Origin: an uncultured virus (IMG/VR IMGVR_UViG_3300029989_000017)
Taxonomy: Duplodnaviria > Heunggongvirae > Uroviricota > Caudoviricetes
IMG/VR virus record: IMGVR_UViG_3300029989_000017
Strand: one strand, 5' to 3'
Length of the DNA stretch: 64,000 nucleotides
Position numbers and translations under genes: made by a program. The notes under the pieces were generated by a model, which made no database searches, was not told the DNA's origin, and was given only the letters and a program-made list of their open reading frames with translations. Each line of letters opens with the position of its first letter. Position 1 is the stretch's first letter. This document shows positions 57,616 through 64,000 of the stretch, one piece after another.

Positions 57616-58446
57616 CTATATTCCTTGGATTAGATTGATCTGCATGATGCTCGTGTTGACGTGCGCGTAGGCCTCGGAGCCGTGTATGCCTGCAATGTGC
57701 CCGCCGTCGAGCATTATCGCCTTCTCGAAGCCCACAGCCTTGGCGTAGGCATTGACCTGAGGACCCGACATACTGCGGCAGAGAACCAAGTAAAACAGCC
57801 CCGCCTTGTAGCCAATCACGGAGTGGTCGGTCGTCCTGAGCACGTCGCTGAACGCGCCACGGAACCCTTCGGTCGATGGGGCGTAGAGGCCGAGGAGCCC
57901 GAGGCCGCCGACGGCCCATGAGAGGTCGGGCGGGAGCTCTGAGACATTCTTCGCACGTACGACGCCGACGACACCTGCTTTGGTCCTGTACAGCGTCGAT
58001 TCAGGACAGCCCTGATCGGAGTGGCAGGCCGTCGGGCAAATAACCTTGCCGCCCGCGACGCAAATTGCAACGGGCAGGCCTTGGACCGAACCGTCGGGCA
58101 TTTTAAAATACCCGAAGAAACTGCCGTTTAGGCTGTTCGCGTAGGCGCTCAAGCCTCTGCGCGGCGTTGGGACCACGAGGAGGTCGTTGGCCATGATAGC
58201 GGGCATCCCGTTGAGCTTCGTCGTCCTAGGGAGCGTCGAGGAGGGCGCAGGTGCAAGGAGCGCCCACGTCATCGGCCCAACGATGCCATCAGGAGTTAGC
58301 CCATTGGCGCTTTGAAAAGCCTTGACCTCTAGGAGCGTGTGGGGCCCAAAAGCCCCGTCAGGGGAGCAGGCGAAGCCGTGAGCCGTGAGCCGGGTCTGTA
58401 GGACCACGACGTCAGCGCCCGAGGACCCTAAGCGTAGTGTGGTCAT
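57616..58446 (-). CDS. PG-binding domain + phosphodiester glycosidase (NAGPA-like) protein
   Basis: TLRLGSSGADV..LQ..DGAFG..VKAFQ..GLTPDGIVG..TW; NGSFF, WAVGG, AIMLDGG. Start at 58446 (ATGA overlap). Confidence 0.75.
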   Translation of the reverse strand: MTTLRLGSSGADVVVLQTRLTAHGFACSPDGAFGPHTLLEVKAFQSANGLTPDGIVGPMTWALLAPAPSSTLPRTTKLNGMPAIMANDLLVVPTPRRGLSAYANSLNGSFFGYFKMPDGSVQGLPVAICVAGGKVICPTACHSDQGCPESTLYRTKAGVVGVVRAKNVSELPPDLSWAVGGLGLLGLYAPSTEGFRGAFSDVLRTTDHSVIGYKAGLFYLVLCRSMSGPQVNAYAKAVGFEKAIMLDGGHIAGIHGSEAYAHVNTSIMQINLIQGI

Positions 58447-58883
58447 ACGAATGTACCGACCCCGATCTCGGGGCCCGTCGGTGTTTTGTGTTTCCAACGT
58501 GTGCGGACAGCTCTGACGTCGATGTGGGTAAATCCGCCCACGTAAGCGTACAGGCCGATGCCGCCGCTCGTGTGCATCAGCGTCTCAGCGTAGACGGCGA
58601 CAGCGAGAGGCGTGACGCCTGCGATCGTGATGTCGGCCGCGGTGCCTTGGCAATGCTGAGAGCCGTCTGTGGAGCCCTGCTTGGCGTTGTACGACTGATT
58701 TCTGTAGCCGCTGTTTACGGTCACGGGCTTGCCAAAGTGGGCCCTGATCTTCTCGAGGACCGCGACGAGCTCATCAGAGACGAGGAGCGCCCCTGAGTCG
58801 TCGTGGCACTGAAATTCTTTTACTGTAAAATGACTGCTGAGCTTCAGCTCGGCGTCAGTATATGCGTTGTAACTTTTTACCAT
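58443..58883 (-). CDS. Endolysin, peptidase M15 family
   Basis: HFTVKEFQC, VNSGYR, SQHCQGTAADI, FTHIDVR. Confidence 0.92.
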   Translation of the reverse strand: MVKSYNAYTDAELKLSSHFTVKEFQCHDDSGALLVSDELVAVLEKIRAHFGKPVTVNSGYRNQSYNAKQGSTDGSQHCQGTAADITIAGVTPLAVAVYAETLMHTSGGIGLYAYVGGFTHIDVRAVRTRWKHKTPTGPEIGVGTFV

Positions 58884-58976
58884 TGTGTTCCTTTCGTACA
58901 GGGAGGCCGAGGCTCGGTAGATGGCACGACCGAGCGCTCAGGCCTCTATCTCAAAGCGCCGAGCGCTGTTGAGGGC

Positions 58977-59174
58977 TTAGAACTTCGTGCTGTCCGTGGG
59001 GTTATTAAGCACCCCGACGAGGGTAAGTATTTCGAGGACTCCTGTGGCTACACCCTGAAAGACATCGCTTGTGATGCCAAGGGTGGCCCATCCGCCTGCA
59101 AGACCGATTATTGCCACGACCTGCGCGATGACTGCGGCCCACATCACGGGGCTTTTAAATCTGTTCTGGTTCAT
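58977..59174 (-). CDS. Holin
   Basis: 65 aa, two hydrophobic helices, QNRFKSPV.W and GVLNNPT. Confidence 0.85.
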   Translation of the reverse strand: MNQNRFKSPVMWAAVIAQVVAIIGLAGGWATLGITSDVFQGVATGVLEILTLVGVLNNPTDSTKF

Positions 59175-59494
59175 ATTTCTCCTTCTGGCCATTCGGCTAT
59201 ATCTGATTCAAGCACTTCGATTGTGCCCGTGGAAACATTGCTTTTATGATTGGCGTCATCTACGACGCCGACTGTGAAGGACCACACACCACGAGGGCTC
59301 GCCGCTGTGTCTGCGCGGTCGAGCATCACGATGATCTTACCGCTGACGACGGAGGGCGCCTTCGTGATCTTGGCCGTGCCGTACTTCATCACAAAGATGA
59401 GCTGTGCGTCGGTCAGGTCCTTCGGAGCCCCGGCTTCGGTGACGGCTATACCGAGGGACAGGTCCGTGCCCGCGGGCATTGTAAAAGCATTCAT
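59171..59494 (-). CDS. Ig-like / BppU-N-like structural protein
   Basis: DLTDAQLIFVMK..GKIIVML...DT pattern. Confidence 0.5.
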   Translation of the reverse strand: MNAFTMPAGTDLSLGIAVTEAGAPKDLTDAQLIFVMKYGTAKITKAPSVVSGKIIVMLDRADTAASPRGVWSFTVGVVDDANHKSNVSTGTIEVLESDIAEWPEGEI

Positions 59495-59498
59495 TCGA

Positions 59499-61205
59499 TC
59501 ACCTCTCGTATGCGAAGACACCCGCGAGCTCCACGTCCGACGTGAAGACCCCCGAGGCCTCGATCTGGTTTATAAACTCACCCGAGAGCTCAACCCCCGA
59601 AGTGAAGACGCCGTCTCCGCCGAGCTCGTACACGAAGTCAGCATAAAGCTGTATGTCGGCGTTCTCGAACGCGACGATCTTGCGCCCCTGAGCCTCTAGG
59701 CGGCCCTCTGCGAGAAGATAAGCCCTGCCGACGTGTTTTGCTACACCCTCGGCTATAAGCGCGCCTAGGCCGCCGAGGGCGGCCGCGCCGACCACGATAT
59801 AGACTGCGGAGCCTGAGAGCGCGCCGTCGCCTGATAACGTAGCTGTCGCCGCAAGGACCCGCGTACCGTGGGCCGCAACGGTCTCCGAGCCCGCGAGCAC
59901 CGCACCGCCATGTATGACGCGAGAGCCTGTCGCTGTGAGCGTGCTCGCGCCGCTGAGCACTACGGACGAATGCGAGGGCGCTATGCCCGCCGCCGATAAC
60001 GTGCTTGCGCCGCTGAGCTGAGCTGAGCTGTTCGTTTTGCGAAGGCCCGAGGCCGTCAGCCCGCCTGCGCCCGTGAAGACCTTAGCACCGACCTTGACGA
60101 CGGTGCCCGCGGCCGACATCGTACTCGTACCTGCAAGGGCCGCCGAGCTGAGTCGCACACGTTTGCCATTCGCTGTGATCAAGCCTGCGCCCGTGAGATG
60201 CGCCGAGACGTTTGAGGCAGGCACCACTCCTGAGGCCGTCAGCGCGCCTGTGCCTGCGAGAGCCGCCGAGCCTATCTTTACTCGCGTGCCTGCGGCAACG
60301 AACGCTCCTGCGCCCGAGAGGGCCACAGAGCTCTTCAGAATGCGTTTGCCCGCGGCAGTGATCGCACTCGTACCTGTCAGGGACACCGAGCCTGCTGTTT
60401 TGCGCTTGCCTGTGGCCGAGACTGCGCTCGTACCTGTCAAGGCCACTGCGCCGATTTCGACGCGCTTTCCCGTCGCTGTATACGTGCTCGTTCCTGCGAG
60501 AGCCGCCGAGCCTTTGAATATCTGCTTGCCTGTGGCCGCTAACGTGCTTGCGCCAGTTAGCGCCGAGGAGCCGAGCCTTACACGCACGCCCGAGGCCGTG
60601 ATCGTGCTTGAACCCGAGAGGGCCGCCGAGCTGTTCGTCTTGCGAAGACCTGTTGCTATGACCGAGCTCGTACCCGCGAGGGCCGCCGAGCCCTTCTGAA
60701 TGCGTTTGCCTAGGGCTGTGATCGCGCCTGCGCCCGCCAGAGCGGCCGCACCGAGCTCTATGCGTTTACCCGAGGCGGTGATGGCGCTCGTGCCTGCGAA
60801 GGCCACAGCGCTCTTCAGGATACGTTTACCCGCCGCTGTGGCTGTGCTCGTACCCGTCAGGGAGACAGAGCCCGACTTCTTGATTCCACCGATGGCCGAC
60901 AACGTAGACGTGCCCGCGAGGTCCGCGTCTCCGAACTTTACAGGGTCGCCTTGGCCCGCCATGAGCTGAGCCCACGTCAGGCCGCCAATCTGCATCCACG
61001 AGTCGCCGTCTAAGACGGTCCATGTACGTGGGTTGACAACGCCGACCGCGGTGACGGCGCTCGTGCCTGCGAGAGCCGCGGAGCCATCCTGCATTGGGGC
61101 GTAGGCGTCACGCTCTAGGGCTGTTGCAACGTCGTCGACGGGAAAGTGCTGAGTGATCGCCGCCCTCGACAGTAGTCTAGCGCGGCCGAGAAACCCACCT
61201 TGCAT
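59499..61205 (-). CDS. Fibre-like protein with ~20 tandem 20-aa repeats
   Basis: Consensus xGSAALAGTSxLTAxGKRxx; 60-bp DNA periodicity visible at about 59700-60930. Confidence 0.75.
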   Translation of the reverse strand: MQGGFLGRARLLSRAAITQHFPVDDVATALERDAYAPMQDGSAALAGTSAVTAVGVVNPRTWTVLDGDSWMQIGGLTWAQLMAGQGDPVKFGDADLAGTSTLSAIGGIKKSGSVSLTGTSTATAAGKRILKSAVAFAGTSAITASGKRIELGAAALAGAGAITALGKRIQKGSAALAGTSSVIATGLRKTNSSAALSGSSTITASGVRVRLGSSALTGASTLAATGKQIFKGSAALAGTSTYTATGKRVEIGAVALTGTSAVSATGKRKTAGSVSLTGTSAITAAGKRILKSSVALSGAGAFVAAGTRVKIGSAALAGTGALTASGVVPASNVSAHLTGAGLITANGKRVRLSSAALAGTSTMSAAGTVVKVGAKVFTGAGGLTASGLRKTNSSAQLSGASTLSAAGIAPSHSSVVLSGASTLTATGSRVIHGGAVLAGSETVAAHGTRVLAATATLSGDGALSGSAVYIVVGAAALGGLGALIAEGVAKHVGRAYLLAEGRLEAQGRKIVAFENADIQLYADFVYELGGDGVFTSGVELSGEFINQIEASGVFTSDVELAGVFAYER

Positions 61206-61214
61206 ATTGGCTCC

Positions 61215-62012
61215 TTATCCCTCTGCCACGACAAGAGTCCCTGTAAAAATACCCGTTGAGGTTGTTGAGCAGAGAACCATACCCGCGAGGCACGCGCCTG
61301 ATTTTATCTCGGGCAGACCGAGCCCGAAAGAGTCGAGGGATACGCCCGAGTTGGCTAAGATGATCGGTATGTCAGCGATACGCTTCAAGAGCGTTACACC
61401 GAAGTTACCCGCCGTGGTCAAGGTGCCTGATAGTATCAGCGAGGAGCAGGTGATGACACCTTTACCGCCCGCAGGAAAGTTGAATGGGTACATCTGCCCC
61501 GCGACGGGAGCGGCGGCAGGCAGAGGGCACACAGCTGTCTGCCCAGCGCCTAGGGAGGCGTCCTGATAGGTTAGCGAGGCGTTTGCCGCGGTCGAACCCA
61601 TGATGGAATATACCTCAAGCCACGGCTCGACGCCGAATCCGTCAGTATACCGTGGGAGCGTCGGCGGCGTGAAGGCCTGAGCCGTCAGCACCGTGCCCGA
61701 CATACCTGCGTTCGCCCACAGGCGGTCGTAAAGCGTGAGGACTCCGACCGTTGTACCTGCCATCTGTAGCCTTGCCAGATAGAGCTTGTTTGCGCCCGCG
61801 GGGGTTTGAATGCCTGCGGCCCCCGCCGTCGCGGTTGTACAGTTTGCGCCCGTGATATTCGCAGGCGCGGCCCCGAGAGAGGGCTGACCTGTCGCGAGCC
61901 AGAGCGATTGAAAAGCCGCCGCCGCTTTGGAGGCAATTGATGCTTTGAATATAGGCACGACGTGCCCGTTATCGAGCGCGGCAACGAGCGTATTCTGCGA
62001 GGTTACTGCCAT
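61215..62012 (-). CDS. Putative structural/fibre-associated beta protein
   Basis: 265 aa A/G/T-rich; LYDRLW and GNFGVTL; RBS present. Confidence 0.6.
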   Translation of the reverse strand: MAVTSQNTLVAALDNGHVVPIFKASIASKAAAAFQSLWLATGQPSLGAAPANITGANCTTATAGAAGIQTPAGANKLYLARLQMAGTTVGVLTLYDRLWANAGMSGTVLTAQAFTPPTLPRYTDGFGVEPWLEVYSIMGSTAANASLTYQDASLGAGQTAVCPLPAAAPVAGQMYPFNFPAGGKGVITCSSLILSGTLTTAGNFGVTLLKRIADIPIILANSGVSLDSFGLGLPEIKSGACLAGMVLCSTTSTGIFTGTLVVAEG

Positions 62013-62025
62013 TTAAAGGCCCCCT

Positions 62026-62400
62026 TTAGGTGAGTGCGGCCGAGATTTGACCAATAGCGAAGTCGAAGCTGTCACCCGCCGTGAAGGTCTTAGAGGTGAT
62101 AGCGCCGCCCCATATGAATGTACCGCCTGAGACAGCGGACCATATGCCGACGTAGGTTACAGTGACGGCGGGCATACCCGTGAAGAGGACGTCTGTGGTG
62201 CTTGCGATCGCCTTAGCGGCCGCGGCAGAGCCGAAGGTCGCGGCTACGCGAGCGTAGGAGCCGCCTGTGACTTCACTCGTGCCTGTATCACCCGGGTCCG
62301 CAGTGTGCAAGGATATGTACGTCGCGGTGGGCGGCGTGATTGCGGTATTCCTGAGGTAACAATTTAGAATCGCGTTTGCGATAGCTGTTACGAATGGCAT
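62026..62400 (-). CDS. Small tail-fibre/collar-associated protein
   Basis: YISLHTADPG..EVTGGSYARV..GIWSAVSGG. Confidence 0.7.
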   Translation of the reverse strand: MPFVTAIANAILNCYLRNTAITPPTATYISLHTADPGDTGTSEVTGGSYARVAATFGSAAAAKAIASTTDVLFTGMPAVTVTYVGIWSAVSGGTFIWGGAITSKTFTAGDSFDFAIGQISAALT

Positions 62401-62415
62401 TATAGTGTCCTCCTT

Positions 62416-62808
62416 TTATTTGAGTGGCAATTCAGCGACGCCCGACATGATCATGTCCGCGTCACCGTTGCCCCCTAGAACTTTGTGGTAAATGTCGTGC
62501 ATATTAACAAGCCGCCGTCGATCGTCGGCGTCTACTTTCGCGTCGCGCAGATATGCGCGGCCGAGGTAAAGTATTCGGTCGAGGAGCATCTCGCGCACCG
62601 CGATCTCGATGCCCCCGAACCTAGTTGACATCTCGAGCCTGAGCGACGCGACTGCCGCGTCTGTGGCGCAGTCCTTGACCGCCGCGTTCTGTATCCGTAC
62701 CTTGCGACACCGTAGCCGCCACTGGATAAATTGCTGAAGGAGCGTGACAGCCCCTGCTGAAATAATCCACCCGATAATAACGCCAGTATTTGTATTTCCT
62801 ATCATCAC
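62416..62808 (-). CDS. Membrane-anchored protein (holin-associated type)
   Basis: N-terminal TM; LLDRI...YH..LGGNG. Confidence 0.65.
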   Translation of the reverse strand: MMIGNTNTGVIIGWIISAGAVTLLQQFIQWRLRCRKVRIQNAAVKDCATDAAVASLRLEMSTRFGGIEIAVREMLLDRILYLGRAYLRDAKVDADDRRRLVNMHDIYHKVLGGNGDADMIMSGVAELPLK

Positions 62809-62850
62809 ACGACACCCATCTCTATCTATATTTTGTTGTGTGGTCGTACC

Positions 62851-63264
62851 CTAGAATTTGTAATGCGGCCTCTCCTCACCGAACAGCCAATACCTCAAGA
62901 AGTCGTCAAAAATAATAGCGACGAACGACAGCGCGTACCAGGCAAAGGCGAAGTATAGGCAAATCTGCCCGAGGAGGTTGAACGGGAGAGCGCTGTAGTC
63001 CCAAACGCCGAGCTTGAGCCAGAGGTTGAGGACTACACCGAAAATAAACTCTAACGAGAGGACGATGCCCGCCCCGATGAGCGCCTGAAGCGTCAGGTGC
63101 ATATCGAAGCTCAGGTGCTCGTTTATGCCGCCGAGCAGGACAAAACAAAGCCCGCCGAGTACAAACATCGACGGGTACGTGTGGCCGCGCCAGAGACACT
63201 CACAGAGGCCGTAGAGTATGCCTCCGTATATGAACAGGGTCAGGTGCTTAAAGACCGCGCGCAC
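62851..63264 (-). CDS. Four-TM membrane protein (putative ABC-transporter type IV-like)
   Basis: E.LWRG.T..SMF.LGG, WDYS.LPFNLLGQIC. Confidence 0.8.
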   Translation of the reverse strand: MRAVFKHLTLFIYGGILYGLCECLWRGHTYPSMFVLGGLCFVLLGGINEHLSFDMHLTLQALIGAGIVLSLEFIFGVVLNLWLKLGVWDYSALPFNLLGQICLYFAFAWYALSFVAIIFDDFLRYWLFGEERPHYKF

Positions 63265-63269
63265 GGGCC

Positions 63270-63845
63270 TTAGCCCCCGCTGAGTAGGGCGAGCTTAGCG
63301 GAGAGGTCGCTCGCGAGGTCCTCAGGCAGAGGTGAGCCGAACATGATGCCGCTTAGCACATCAGCGTCGGACTCACGGGCTACCCACTTGCGAAGCTCGC
63401 TGAAGTAGGTGCGATTGTAAGTGACGAACGAGAGGCCTTGATCGATGATCAGGCTCAAGTCCGCCGCTGAGTAAAACTCGTGGTCCTGTCCGTTAGCGTT
63501 GTAAAGCCACCCTGCGCCGCCGCCCGCTATGAGCAGTTTGAAGAGCGCGAGGTATGACTGATCACGGTCGGTGAGCGGATAGTGCAAGGTGCCGAAGGAT
63601 GTTGTCACGTCGATGCCCGCAAAGATGAACTGCTCTGTCGCTGTCGAGAACTCGGCGAGCTTCTGCCTACGCAGGGTCTCGATCGGGGGTGTGATTGTGA
63701 CATAGCAGGCGTTGGCGACGTCGTAGCCGTCGGTCAGGAACTCAGCGAGAGGGTCGAGAGCTTTATATCGGCGTATGCCGTTCTCTTCAATCTCGATGTA
63801 CCCCTTTTTGAGAGGGAGCAGGGTCTCGTTTATTGGTGTTGACAT
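63270..63845 (-). CDS. Tail fibre assembly-associated protein (DUF4376-like)
   Basis: Follows the fibre gene end; IFAGIDV..LTDRDQ..YNRTYF..L. Confidence 0.6.
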   Translation of the reverse strand: MSTPINETLLPLKKGYIEIEENGIRRYKALDPLAEFLTDGYDVANACYVTITPPIETLRRQKLAEFSTATEQFIFAGIDVTTSFGTLHYPLTDRDQSYLALFKLLIAGGGAGWLYNANGQDHEFYSAADLSLIIDQGLSFVTYNRTYFSELRKWVARESDADVLSGIMFGSPLPEDLASDLSAKLALLSGG

Positions 63846-63857
63846 TGTTGTCCTCCC

Positions 63858-64000
63858 TTACGTAAGCGCTTTGATATACGAGTTTAGAACGTCGTCCGCG
63901 AGGAGCGGTAGTCGCTTCGCGGGACAACTGAACACAGTTGTAGTCGAGTAGCCCCCTGCTACGAAGTTGACACTGTCCTTCGCGATGTCCGTAAACTGGG
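63858..64000 (-). CDS. Tail fibre, C-terminal end (enters from beyond the window)
   Basis: Frame reads ..QFTDIAKDSVNFVAGGYSTTTVFSCPAKRLPLLADDVLNSYIKALT*; LP...YIKA resembles a tail-collar C-terminus. Confidence 0.65.
   Translation of the reverse strand, partial: QFTDIAKDSVNFVAGGYSTTTVFSCPAKRLPLLADDVLNSYIKALT

Noticed and set aside
1..64000. Stop-codon reassignment
   Set aside because: Core genes are full length in the standard code, TAA, TAG and TGA all end genes, and no suppressor tRNA was seen.

Overview
The window holds what looks like an almost complete, circularly permuted genome of a contractile-tailed phage (myovirus). The host is probably a Firmicute/Clostridia (inferred from GGAGG RBSs, sigma-A-type promoters, and CHAP, M15, 3D and PG-binding domains). 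One tail-fibre-like gene appears split across the two window ends. The minus strand carries replication and nucleotide genes (Cas4-like DUF2800, SSB, PolA, MTase, dNMP kinase, ThyX, VirE primase-helicase, Top6A-like protein, VRR-NUC, SNF2), then the late activator, terminase, portal, MuF, two head-associated effectors, capsid, tail, baseplate, fibres and lysis. The plus strand (46-57.6 kb) carries many small early genes behind a repeated promoter/operator. No integrase, tRNA or CRISPR array was seen. Top finding: the MuF head gene contains a 317-aa intein with no recognisable in-frame endonuclease. Its opposite strand encodes a 290-aa 2xHTH + PD-(D/E)xK/Vsr-like nuclease, whose promoter, RBS and start codon are written by the reverse complement of the intein's C-terminal splicing motifs. 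This suggests an intein with an antisense homing endonuclease. Other findings: two twister-ribozyme-like RNAs, a NUDIX-ADP-ribosyltransferase effector with a matching ADP-ribosylhydrolase, a second effector sharing its leader, a CHAP domain nested inside a spike lysozyme, and a duplicated iteron-rich origin-like element. All family assignments come from motif recognition by eye; no database searches were run.
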